A stretch of DNA of 43,690 bases from a virus. Lineage: Duplodnaviria > Caudoviricetes. Made by a program: the position numbers and the translations under genes. This document shows, in pieces, positions 1 through 8,179 of this stretch. Numbering within the stretch: position 1 is the stretch's first letter; each line of letters opens with the position of its first letter. The notes under the pieces were generated by a model. That model made no database searches. It had not been told where the DNA came from and saw nothing but the letters and a program-made list of their open reading frames with translations. Where the stretch lies: positions 1-43,690 of the IMG/VR virus record IMGVR_UViG_3300044670_001838, one strand, 5' to 3'.

Positions 1-127
1 GGAGAAAACCAGGGGGGGGGCAGGAGAAAACCCCCAGGGGGGTCAGGAGAAAACCCCCCATAACCAGTCAGTAAGAACCAGTCAGAGTAACCTACCTACA
101 TCGCTACAAGAAAAAAATAAACAAAAA
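1..127 (+). repeat. Iteron-like direct repeats plus A-rich tract; probable replication origin inside the initiator gene
   Basis: GGAGAAAACC at 1, 23 and 46 (22-23 bp period, each followed by C and/or G runs); AACCAGTCAG at 62 and 76; A-rich tract at 108-127. Confidence 0.65.
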
Positions 128-874
128 GCCAGCGATGAGCACTCGGCAAAGCCTCGGCATAGCGATGGACAAGGCGATGCTATCATTAGCCAGCCTCCGA
201 GCGCAGTGGCAGGCAACACGCAGGGAGATTGTTCCGCGCCGGCCGATCAGTCAAATGAGGATTCTCGCTCAGGTGCTGATGCCGGCGCTCCAGGTGCAGG
301 CGACCGATCAAATAAGATCGCCGGGGTCCAGTCCGCGGCTGAACACTTCAAGTGCGGCAGCTGTGGAGCCAGCCACCCAGTCCGCACATGGGTGAGAGAT
401 GAGGGCCTGCGCTTCTGCCAAGCTAGCTGCATGACCAGCTACAAGGCTGCGGAGAATATCGCTGGAATCACTGGCGGTGAGGTCCCTGCACTTCCGGCAC
501 CCCCTGCAGATCCCCTTCAGATGGATCTTTCCCCCCTTGAAGGCACGCCAACGCAAAATGAGACCGTGGACCCGTCCGAGACCTTTAACGTCGCGAGAGT
601 GGCCTTTCCGGGGCGCAAGAGGGGCAACCCCACCGAGTTCGCTAACTACCAGAAGAAGCACAAGGACTGGAGACAGATGCTGCCAACCTTGCTGCCCGCC
701 ATCAACCGGGAGAAGGCGTACCACGATCAATGTGCTGCAGCTGGCACCTTCTGTGCGCCGTGGAAGAACCTCAGCACCTGGATTAACCAGCGTTGCTTTG
801 AGGAAGAGTTCCCCGAGGTCAAGAAGGATGTTGTCACTGGACCGGACCTCGGCATGTATGGAGGTGCGCAATGA
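2..874 (+). CDS. Phage replication initiator / replisome organiser (5' end outside the window)
   Basis: Frame +2 is open from base 2 (EKTRGGAGENPQGGQEKTPHNQSVRTSQ...) into the listed 206..874 ORF. It has an internal CxxC...CxxxC finger, a C-terminal WKNLSTWINQRCFEEE motif typical of phage initiators, internal direct repeats, and lies upstream of DnaB. Confidence 0.7.
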   Translation, partial: EKTRGGAGENPQGGQEKTPHNQSVRTSQSNLPTSLQEKNKQKASDEHSAKPRHSDGQGDAIISQPPSAVAGNTQGDCSAPADQSNEDSRSGADAGAPGAGDRSNKIAGVQSAAEHFKCGSCGASHPVRTWVRDEGLRFCQASCMTSYKAAENIAGITGGEVPALPAPPADPLQMDLSPLEGTPTQNETVDPSETFNVARVAFPGRKRGNPTEFANYQKKHKDWRQMLPTLLPAINREKAYHDQCAAAGTFCAPWKNLSTWINQRCFEEEFPEVKKDVVTGPDLGMYGGAQ

Positions 875-1068
875 GGATGTGGAGGCATATCGAGTGGGAG
901 AACTGCCTGTTCTGCGGCGATGCGGTTGAAGTCGAGACTGATCATCCTACGGCGGGGTGGTCCAATGATGGAGACAATGCCCGATGCATTGGTTGCGGCG
1001 AGAAAGGCACCGTCAGCACGGATGGAGAAGGCAACGCATGGATAACTTGGGAGGAAGACTGCAAATGA
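871..1068 (+). CDS. Small Zn-ribbon protein
   Basis: CLFC...CIGC pairs; ATGA overlaps with both neighbours; GGAGG upstream. Confidence 0.7.
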   Translation: MRMWRHIEWENCLFCGDAVEVETDHPTAGWSNDGDNARCIGCGEKGTVSTDGEGNAWITWEEDCK

Positions 1069-1505
1069 TACCTCCCCCCGTAGACGCCAACGGTCGCCTT
1101 GACATCATAGGCGTGATCGACCTCACAGAGAAGTGCCCGTTCTGGCGGGAGCATGGCCATCGCACCCTTAGTATCGACGCCCTGTCAATGGCCATGACGC
1201 GCACCGGCCATGAGCAAACCCAGTGCATTGAGTGCGGGCACGGATGCCCGTTCCCCTACTACACTCAGCAGGCAGGAGATGACAGGGTGCGAATATTGTC
1301 CCTGCGCTTCAAGTGCCCTACCTGCACGACCACATCTGCAAGTAACCGGCTCAAGGCCCTGCAGGACAAGTGGCGTGTGTACCGAACTGCGACCATCCCC
1401 ACGGAGATCAAGGCGTGGCAGGCAATGCTTCCCGAGATGCCAGACGCACGCCGGGTCATTGTGGATCTACAACTAGAACTCCGTCAGCTGAGGAACGGCA
1501 AATGA
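1065..1505 (+). CDS. Cys-rich hypothetical protein (probable Zn binding)
   Basis: Start moved to ATG 1065 (ATGA overlap with the previous gene); CPFW, CIECGHGC and CPTC motifs; coupled to dnaB by ATGA. Confidence 0.65.
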   Translation: MIPPPVDANGRLDIIGVIDLTEKCPFWREHGHRTLSIDALSMAMTRTGHEQTQCIECGHGCPFPYYTQQAGDDRVRILSLRFKCPTCTTTSASNRLKALQDKWRVYRTATIPTEIKAWQAMLPEMPDARRVIVDLQLELRQLRNGK

Positions 1506-2827
1506 GCGAGACCCCGCAAGCAGACTGGGAGAGGTCCTGCATCTCTCTCGTCCTCCACGACAAGGACGCCCGAGCCGAGATCTTTGACGCCGTGCTGCCT
1601 ATCTGGTTCGGTGACCGCGCTGACTCAATGACGCGCCGTGCCTACTCATGGCTACTGCAGTGCTGGCAGGGGAGCTACCCTCTCGACAGCGAGTCGGTGC
1701 AATCCGAGTTTCATGCCGGCGGCCGCTACGATGGCGTCGACAACTTGGACCTCAGCTGCGAGCCGCACGACGTAATACGCATGCTTCGCAACGACTGGAC
1801 AGTCCGCTCAGCCAGAACGTGGGCGAATAAGCTGACCGTCATCACTGACCGGGGAAGGTTTGAGGACATCCAAGAAGAGGTGGAGAGGTTTGGGACCTTT
1901 CTGAGCCAGAACACTGTGACCAACAACTCGGCTACATACGAGGAAGCGCTCAATGAGATGCTCGACTACACTCGTGAGCGGCGCAAGCTTCTCGAGTCAG
2001 GGCAGCTGTTGCAGTGGGGGTTTGAGCCGCTCGATTATGCCTGCCAGATCGAACCTGCTCGCCTCTATGTGATCGCAGCCCGGCCTGGCGTGGGAAAAAC
2101 CTCACTAGGATTCACGGCTGCCAAGCACATGTCCACTGTTCATCAGATCGGCTACATCAGCTTGGAAATGACCACGGCACAGATGGCCATTCGCGGCGTC
2201 CTCTCGGAACTGAGAGAGCCAGCCAGGGTGGTTCGCAATCTGGAGCATGGAACCGAGGCGCGCATCGTCAACAACAAGGATGCGTGGGGCAAGAAGTACA
2301 ACCTCCACCTGAACTGCGGCAAGAGCATCCTGATACACGACCTGCCCGCGATCTGTGCAGACCTCGCGAAAAATCGAGGCTGCAAGGGCATCTGGGTGGA
2401 CCACCTCTTGGACTTCCGCTACGACAGCAAGGCCGGCCATAAGCGCCATGAGCAGATTGCATTTGGCGCCCGCCTCTGCAAGGACATCGCGAAGAATTTA
2501 GGGATTCCGATATTCTTGATCACGCAGCTGAACCGCAACAGCGCCGGCACGCAGCCAACCCTTGAGCACCTCAAGGAGTCCGGGGCCATAGAAGAGCTCG
2601 CCGACTACGTGCTGCTCTGTGACCGCCCCGACAACGAGGTCGCCACCACTAATACTCGTCGCAACTGGACGATCGGAGGCGTAGAAGTTGACAGTGGGGG
2701 ACGCATGGCAATAATCCCTGCCAAGTCCCGTGGCGACTGCCCTCGTCCAGTTGTCCTGGGATTCGAGGCGCGCACAATGACGCCATACACTCTGCAGACA
2801 GACCCAACAACTGAAGGAGAATACTGA
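1502..2827 (+). CDS. dnaB: DnaB-like replicative helicase
   Basis: Walker A AARPGVGKTS, SLEM, IWVDHL, TQLNR and LKESGAIEELAD are the SF4 helicase motifs; start at ATG 1502 via ATGA overlap. Confidence 0.95.
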   Translation: MSETPQADWERSCISLVLHDKDARAEIFDAVLPIWFGDRADSMTRRAYSWLLQCWQGSYPLDSESVQSEFHAGGRYDGVDNLDLSCEPHDVIRMLRNDWTVRSARTWANKLTVITDRGRFEDIQEEVERFGTFLSQNTVTNNSATYEEALNEMLDYTRERRKLLESGQLLQWGFEPLDYACQIEPARLYVIAARPGVGKTSLGFTAAKHMSTVHQIGYISLEMTTAQMAIRGVLSELREPARVVRNLEHGTEARIVNNKDAWGKKYNLHLNCGKSILIHDLPAICADLAKNRGCKGIWVDHLLDFRYDSKAGHKRHEQIAFGARLCKDIAKNLGIPIFLITQLNRNSAGTQPTLEHLKESGAIEELADYVLLCDRPDNEVATTNTRRNWTIGGVEVDSGGRMAIIPAKSRGDCPRPVVLGFEARTMTPYTLQTDPTTEGEY

Positions 2828-3723
2828 TGCCAGAAGAACGCATCTCCATACTTTCACTCGGCGCAGGAGTGCAATCCTCTACGCTGGCACTCATGGCCAT
2901 GCACGGCGAGGTTGTCGACGAGGACGGCGCCCCGGTCCCAAAGCCGGTGGCCGCCGTCTTCGCCGATACTGGCGACGAAAGCGCAGCCACCTACGCCTGG
3001 CTGAATTGGCTCGAGTGCCAGCTGGACTACCCTGTCATCAGGGCCTGCGTTGGCCAGGGGCTGAGTCACCATATCTACGACGCCATAGACAACGACAAGC
3101 GCATGTCCGTGCCGCCGCTGTTCACCAGCGGGATCTCGGAGCGAGAGATAAAGCCCAAGCCATCAACGGGTGCAATGCTCTTTGATGACGCAGAGTATGC
3201 AGCGCCAGCAAAAGTAATCACCAGCGGCCAAGAGGGCATCCTTAAACGGCAATGCACTGGTGACTTCAAGATCGTGCCTATACGGCGGACTGCGCGCCAG
3301 CTGATGAAGCAGCACGGCGTCAAGAAGGTCACTCAGTGGATCGGAATCAGCCTCGACGAGTCCGTGCGCATGAAGCCTAGCCGGGTCAAGTACTCTGAAC
3401 ACCGCTGGCCGCTGATAGAGATGCGCATGTCACGCCACGATTGTTTTCGCTGGATGGAGGCGCACGGATACCCTGAGCCGCCGCGAAGCGCTTGCGTATA
3501 CTGCCCGCACCATGATAACCAGGAGTGGCGCCGCATAAGGGACGACGAGCCGGATTCTTGGGCTAAGGCTGTCGAGTTCGACACCCGTGTTCGCCACATA
3601 CGAGGGGTCACCCAAGAGTGCTACGTTCACCGGCAATGTGTCCCCCTGGAACAAGTAGATCTGTCTGAAGATGACAGCGGACTACTGTGGGGCAACGAGT
3701 GCGAGGGGATGTGCGGAGTATGA
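2827..3723 (+). CDS. PAPS-reductase-like PP-loop (adenine nucleotide alpha-hydrolase) protein with Cys cluster
   Basis: LSLGAGVQSST PP-loop, FADTGDE, RQCTGDFKI, WIGISLDE, SACVYCP and terminal CEGMCGV. Confidence 0.8.
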   Translation: MPEERISILSLGAGVQSSTLALMAMHGEVVDEDGAPVPKPVAAVFADTGDESAATYAWLNWLECQLDYPVIRACVGQGLSHHIYDAIDNDKRMSVPPLFTSGISEREIKPKPSTGAMLFDDAEYAAPAKVITSGQEGILKRQCTGDFKIVPIRRTARQLMKQHGVKKVTQWIGISLDESVRMKPSRVKYSEHRWPLIEMRMSRHDCFRWMEAHGYPEPPRSACVYCPHHDNQEWRRIRDDEPDSWAKAVEFDTRVRHIRGVTQECYVHRQCVPLEQVDLSEDDSGLLWGNECEGMCGV

Positions 3724-3899
3724 GCGAAGCCGAATACATCAACAAGCTGTGCGATTACAGATTAGAGCTCACAGACGTCTGCAGGGACATGCGGGAAGAC
3801 TGGCCCGACGACCACCGCGTTGACGAAGTGTGCCGGCGGGTAATCACCGGCATCGACGCAATCACGGAAATGATCGAAACAGGAAAGGAGGGCGCATGA
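3720..3899 (+). CDS. Hypothetical protein (MSEAEYINKL...)
   Basis: ATGA-coupled on both sides; helical composition. Confidence 0.6.
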   Translation: MSEAEYINKLCDYRLELTDVCRDMREDWPDDHRVDEVCRRVITGIDAITEMIETGKEGA

Positions 3900-4510
3900 A
3901 CCCCACCGTCACGATACCTGTCATAGGAACCCCAGTCCCACGGGCACGGGCCAGAGCAAACATGATGCCGCTCGCCAAGCACGATGCCCTGATCGCCAAG
4001 TTCCAAGCAATGTGTGCGCAGGGTCCATCCAGCGCGATCCGGGCACTGCTAAAGAACCCCGGGCAGTTCTTTCGCGTCAATGTCCACTCTGACAAAAGCA
4101 AGGCGTGCAAGGCATGGGAGAGAGCCATCAAGCATGCCGCCCGCGAGAATATACCAGAACTGCGCAGGGCTGGCATTGTGGACGCATCCGGCATCGCCTA
4201 CAAGGATGACCACTACATCGTCTCGGTGGCATTTATCCACCCCCGCCCCAAGATGCACTTTGGGACCGGCAAAAACGCAGACAAGCTCAAGGACCGATTC
4301 GAGCAAGCGTTCGTCTCCGGGCGCAGTGACCTCGACAACGCGGCCAAACTGGTGCTGGACGTGCTCGTGCAGGAGTCATTGATACCCGACGACTCGCACT
4401 GCCAACGCCTGAATCTATCCAAGCGCTACACCAAGAACGGGACAACCGGCGCCCTTATCGAAATTACAAAGTGGCAACCAGAACACACATACCCCAAGGA
4501 GACCCCATGA
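3896..4510 (+). CDS. rusA: RusA-like Holliday junction resolvase
   Basis: N-terminal GTPVPRARAR, HPRPK, catalytic DLDNAAKLVLD...DD and SKRY; AGGAGG RBS; insertion after the N-terminal motif. Confidence 0.85.
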   Translation: MNPTVTIPVIGTPVPRARARANMMPLAKHDALIAKFQAMCAQGPSSAIRALLKNPGQFFRVNVHSDKSKACKAWERAIKHAARENIPELRRAGIVDASGIAYKDDHYIVSVAFIHPRPKMHFGTGKNADKLKDRFEQAFVSGRSDLDNAAKLVLDVLVQESLIPDDSHCQRLNLSKRYTKNGTTGALIEITKWQPEHTYPKETP

Positions 4511-4686
4511 GCCCTAACCCTGGAAGACGCCCAAGACGGTTTCGCGAGTACCTGTGCCCCATCCGCGGCAAGTGGTACGTGAAGGACGGCGAGAGTGATG
4601 AACTACCGACAGAGGATTTTCCCGGACGCACCAAGGCCCGGGAGTATGCCGATGCCAAGAACGCGGAGGTCAGCAATGAGCGATAG
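4507..4686 (+). CDS. Hypothetical protein
   Basis: AAGGAG RBS and ATGA overlap with rusA. Confidence 0.55.
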   Translation: MSPNPGRRPRRFREYLCPIRGKWYVKDGESDELPTEDFPGRTKAREYADAKNAEVSNER

Positions 4687-4713
4687 CGAATTAGCTGCAC
4701 CGGATGGTTGCCA

Positions 4714-5130
4714 GTGAGTCAGCCACTTTTCAGCGTCGAGGTGAATGGCCGCACCGTGAAGCTAATCGCCTGGGAGCAGCTGCAAGGGCATAGATCACGC
4801 AACGCCGCCGGCAACACGGTTGGCACTGCCACCTTAAGCCGCACCGCTTTCAAAGCCTACATCGCGGCTCGGCAGAAGCTGGTCCGGGAACGCAACCGCA
4901 ACAATGCCGCCATCGAAGCAATCGATGTGGCACTTAAACGAACACAAGGACATGGCATGGACATAGACTTCGTCAATAAGGATGGCGAGCAACTCTCCAT
5001 CAATGGCGACACCACCCTACAAGAACTCACAGAGATGGGCATCAAAGGCATCCGTCTCACAGAACCAGGAGCGCCGCTTCCAGAAGGCTGGTGGCGAGCC
5101 GTCGACCCTGAACCCGAGGAACAAGCATGA
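4714..5130 (+). CDS. Hypothetical protein
   Basis: ORF in the coupled early operon; probable GTG start at 4714. Confidence 0.55.
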   Translation: MSQPLFSVEVNGRTVKLIAWEQLQGHRSRNAAGNTVGTATLSRTAFKAYIAARQKLVRERNRNNAAIEAIDVALKRTQGHGMDIDFVNKDGEQLSINGDTTLQELTEMGIKGIRLTEPGAPLPEGWWRAVDPEPEEQA

Positions 5131-5360
5131 CCGCACGACTGAATGAACGCTGGGCAGTTTGGACAGCTTACCCAGGCGCACGCAACTGGTTGTCAACGCC
5201 AGTTTGCCACGGTAGCTACTCTCACTGCTGCCGCCATGCAGCAGAAGCACGCGAGTCCACCGGTCGCCGCCATTTGGCACTGCATGAGTCTAGCGGACGA
5301 CCAGGAAAAAAACTCTGGCCGGTCGAAGGCCGCGGTATCACCGGCGAGGTGTCGGCATGA
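5127..5360 (+). CDS. Hypothetical protein
   Basis: ATGA overlaps at both ends; GAGGA upstream. Confidence 0.45.
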   Translation: MTARLNERWAVWTAYPGARNWLSTPVCHGSYSHCCRHAAEARESTGRRHLALHESSGRPGKKLWPVEGRGITGEVSA

Positions 5361-5686
5361 ACACCGCTGCGATGAAGATTCTGCTACTCATTCTCCTTGC
5401 GCTGACTGCAAGCGCCTACGACCGCAAGTCCGAACAGATGCGCCGATCCGCCCGCTGCAAAGAGATGATGGTGCTACAGTCCCAAGGCGTCTACCACACA
5501 AGCGCATCTGGGCAGCCCCGCCTCACCTATTACCACGCAGACGGCACTCACAACACCGTGCCATGGCTGCGTGACAAGCGCTATGCCACGCATGTGTTCG
5601 TTTACGAGGGCACTGAGGGGCGCTATCGGGTGAGCGTCTGGAGTGAGGGACCGACGACGGTGCAGAAACTAGAGATATTACAATGA
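5357..5686 (+). CDS. Predicted exported small protein
   Basis: MKILLLILLALTASA is a Sec-type signal peptide with an A-x-A site; GAGGT RBS; ATGA coupling. Confidence 0.65.
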   Translation: MNTAAMKILLLILLALTASAYDRKSEQMRRSARCKEMMVLQSQGVYHTSASGQPRLTYYHADGTHNTVPWLRDKRYATHVFVYEGTEGRYRVSVWSEGPTTVQKLEILQ

Positions 5687-6018
5687 TCACAACGGACGAG
5701 GCGAGCATGTTGACAATGGACGGATTCGATGACTGCATAGCGGGGGTGGTCGAGAGGTTTGGCCAGCCAGATATCATTTGCTACGACAAAAAGAAGGTCA
5801 TAGCAAAGCTAGTAGAGAGAGATGGAATGCCCACTGAGGATGCGGTGGAGTTCTATGAGTTCAACCAACTGGGGGCATGGGTGGGCGAAAGCACGCCATG
5901 CTTTATCATTATACCACATTGCTATTGCGTTGAATGCTTGGCTGATATCGGAATCATCGATGATGATCACGATTGTTTGTGTGATGGGTGTCGGCTCAAA
6001 CCTACGCCAAAGCCTTAA
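5683..6018 (+). CDS. Conserved phage protein of unknown function with C-terminal CxxC/CxC finger
   Basis: DGFDDCIAG...YDKKKVI...EDAVEFYEFNQLGAWVGESTPCF matches a motif pattern I recognise from aquatic phage hypothetical proteins. Confidence 0.7.
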   Translation: MITTDEASMLTMDGFDDCIAGVVERFGQPDIICYDKKKVIAKLVERDGMPTEDAVEFYEFNQLGAWVGESTPCFIIIPHCYCVECLADIGIIDDDHDCLCDGCRLKPTPKP

Positions 6019-6661
6019 CGTAGCTTTTGATCCGATGCCGGCCCATCCCAAGGCACCGGCCGCCGCCCTTCCACGGGCCGTAATCATAGGTCATGCTGAA
6101 CCGAGAATTGGCAATGAAGCCTGGCCCCCACACGATCGGATCGGTGGCAAAATAATAACGGGCAACGTAACGCCCTACCGCCAGTCGCCTTATCGAATGG
6201 ATGACATCAGAATCGCCAGGCGTAGGGCACCCAAACGTCAGGAGGTGCGATTGGGTATCCAAGGCCGCATATACTGCCGCTGCGCCTCCCAGGCTATGCC
6301 CATCGATTGCAACTTCACGATCCCTGCTGTGATCCGCAATCATGTCCAGTATCCACTCACGCATGACAAGGTAGTATTCCCAGAATCCAGTGTGCCCCAT
6401 GCCAAACGGGGTCTTGGACATCTGGAACTCCATGTCCCTCGCCCCGTCGCGAATATCCTCAGTGCCGGGGATAGATATCACTAAATGCTCAACCGGGTAC
6501 TCATCCCCACGCTGGACATACCGGGTGGAAGCCATGGCCTCGACGCTCTCCTTCTCATTGCGATACACGCCAACAAGCTGATCGTCTGGGCCCAAGCTAG
6601 GGATCCCCTTCTCGTATGCCTGCTCGGCAAGCACCGCAAATGCATGGTCTGGATTGTTCAT
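6002..6661 (-). CDS. Class-3 lipase (alpha/beta hydrolase)
   Basis: SIPGTE, HTGF, nucleophile elbow GHSLGG, TFGCP, TDPIV (Asp) and C-terminal HRIKSY (His); probable start ATG 6661. Confidence 0.85.
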   Translation of the reverse strand: MNNPDHAFAVLAEQAYEKGIPSLGPDDQLVGVYRNEKESVEAMASTRYVQRGDEYPVEHLVISIPGTEDIRDGARDMEFQMSKTPFGMGHTGFWEYYLVMREWILDMIADHSRDREVAIDGHSLGGAAAVYAALDTQSHLLTFGCPTPGDSDVIHSIRRLAVGRYVARYYFATDPIVWGPGFIANSRFSMTYDYGPWKGGGRCLGMGRHRIKSYVKALA

Positions 6662-6663
6662 GG

Positions 6664-6888
6664 TTAGGCGCTCCACATTTTGACAAGCTCAACGATGCCC
6701 ACCGTGCCGGCACTGGTTGCTGCACCGATTGACGCCATCTTGATTTTTAACGCGATCAATGAATCATTCATATTTTGGGTAAGAGAGGTTAGCTCGCCAA
6801 GCCGTGTCTCAAATGACTCCAGCAAGGCGTCTTGCCGCCCCTGTCGCACGCCTTCACGGCGAGCCCTTTCTTCTGCGTCACCCCCCAT
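6664..6888 (-). CDS. Holin-like (XhlA-type architecture) membrane protein
   Basis: Coiled-coil N-terminal part plus one C-terminal hydrophobic segment; located near the end of the late operon. Confidence 0.5.
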   Translation of the reverse strand: MGGDAEERARREGVRQGRQDALLESFETRLGELTSLTQNMNDSLIALKIKMASIGAATSAGTVGIVELVKMWSA

Positions 6889-7115
6889 TATTCAGCGCCC
6901 TTTGTCCAGTGCTCGCGCACTCGCGTCACGCAGCGGACCAAAAAGCTGCCGCTGTGGTGGGATATGTCTTCGTCCGCCTGGCGGGTCTTTTCGCCAAGAA
7001 CCTCAAGGCGCATCATGCGACGGTCAAACCGTGCCGTGTCCGTGTCCTCGTAGAGGAGGTCAGGCGGTGGATCCACGGATGCGCGGATCTCGCCAGGGAT
7101 GGTCAGCGCACTCAC
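6888..7115 (-). CDS. Hypothetical protein
   Basis: Overlap-coupled to both neighbours. Confidence 0.5.
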   Translation of the reverse strand: MSALTIPGEIRASVDPPPDLLYEDTDTARFDRRMMRLEVLGEKTRQADEDISHHSGSFLVRCVTRVREHWTKGAE

Positions 7116-7372
7116 GGCCGCACCCCACTGATGACACCTTCAGCCAAAGCCTTCGTGGCGGCAGCGTCTGGTGCGTTCGCGTACTTGCTCACAATGAACT
7201 CTTTGTATTGAATGTGCCCGATGTCCTGCTTCTGGAGCAGGTGGATCGACAGGTAGGTGATGTCGCCTGGGGTCTTGGCGTACCGAACGGCACAGCTAGA
7301 CCATAGGGGGAGCAGACACAACAGTAGTGTGGCGAGCATGCTCAGGCGTAGTTCCGGCTTCGTAAAGGTCAT
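7112..7372 (-). CDS. Predicted lipoprotein
   Basis: Hydrophobic stretch MLATLLLCLLPL followed by lipobox-like WSS-C; start may be 7372 or 7339. Confidence 0.55.
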   Translation of the reverse strand: MTFTKPELRLSMLATLLLCLLPLWSSCAVRYAKTPGDITYLSIHLLQKQDIGHIQYKEFIVSKYANAPDAAATKALAEGVISGVRP

Positions 7373-7520
7373 GGAATTCTTCCAGGCTCATGATTGTGGG
7401 TGGCGAGCCAGGATTGGCGTCAAAACTGTGGAACTCCATCCGGCCCTCAACTTCGTAGGCGTCGACCTCGAGGCGCTTGGCACCGGGGATGTTCGTTTCC
7501 TTCAGGACGTAGGTGGCCAT
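7296..7520 (-). CDS. Hypothetical protein
   Basis: ATG abuts the upstream stop codon; the 3' end overlaps the lipoprotein gene. Confidence 0.5.
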   Translation of the reverse strand: MATYVLKETNIPGAKRLEVDAYEVEGRMEFHSFDANPGSPPTIMSLEEFHDLYEAGTTPEHARHTTVVSAPPMV

Positions 7521-8159
7521 TTATAGATCCCACGCAGCAACGACGAACTCGCCCTTGCTGTTGTACCTGATCCACGCCTTCTCGGTGTCCGTGCCACCGC
7601 CTTCCTTGTTCAGATACACATAGAGGTAGATGCCAGCGTGGCCGTCGCGCTCGCGCACTACTGCCTTTTTGTAGTTGGCGATTGTACGCCCCACCCATGC
7701 GGCCTCTGAGCAGCGCAGCTTGAGGTAGCCAAGTGCGGTTTCGCCAGGGACTGCTGGAACGGGGACAGCAGCGGCGATCATCGCCTGAAGCACCGCTTCT
7801 CCATGGTCGAGCAATTCAGCATTGGTCGGCACGGGAATGTAGTTGTGGTCGCCTGCGGTGATGTACGCCTCTTCGTCTGCTTGTCCCTTGTCGTAAACCA
7901 AGAGCACGAGCTCGCTACGAGATTGCCCTCGGCGAGTGGTCACCGTTGTCGGCAGGATCCAATCGCTAGTATCGCGAGCGCCGGTAGCGTCTGTCATGGG
8001 GCTGGCCCCACCAACCTGTGCGGGTTCCCCGTGCGAGACGACGGTGTTGTCGATGATTATTCGCGCCAGCAGTTCATCCAAGGTCTCTGCCTGAGCCTGT
8101 AGGCAGATGGCTGCGCAGATCACGATCAGGAATCCGCATAGAAAGTTGAGTGTCTTCAT
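7521..8159 (-). CDS. Predicted exported protein of unknown function
   Basis: TAAGGAG RBS; MKTLNFLCGFLIVICAAICLQAQA signal peptide with AQA cleavage site. Confidence 0.7.
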   Translation of the reverse strand: MKTLNFLCGFLIVICAAICLQAQAETLDELLARIIIDNTVVSHGEPAQVGGASPMTDATGARDTSDWILPTTVTTRRGQSRSELVLLVYDKGQADEEAYITAGDHNYIPVPTNAELLDHGEAVLQAMIAAAVPVPAVPGETALGYLKLRCSEAAWVGRTIANYKKAVVRERDGHAGIYLYVYLNKEGGGTDTEKAWIRYNSKGEFVVAAWDL

Positions 8160-8179
8160 TTTTTAGGTGCTCCTTAGTT

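Noticed and set aside
1-85. Short direct repeats as a CRISPR array
   Set aside because: Period of 22-23 bp with no unique spacers, inside an open frame, and no cas genes.
7112-7520. Overlapping Rz/Rz1 spanin pair
   Set aside because: The upstream overlapping ORF has no N-terminal transmembrane segment or coiled coil; only the lipoprotein half fits.
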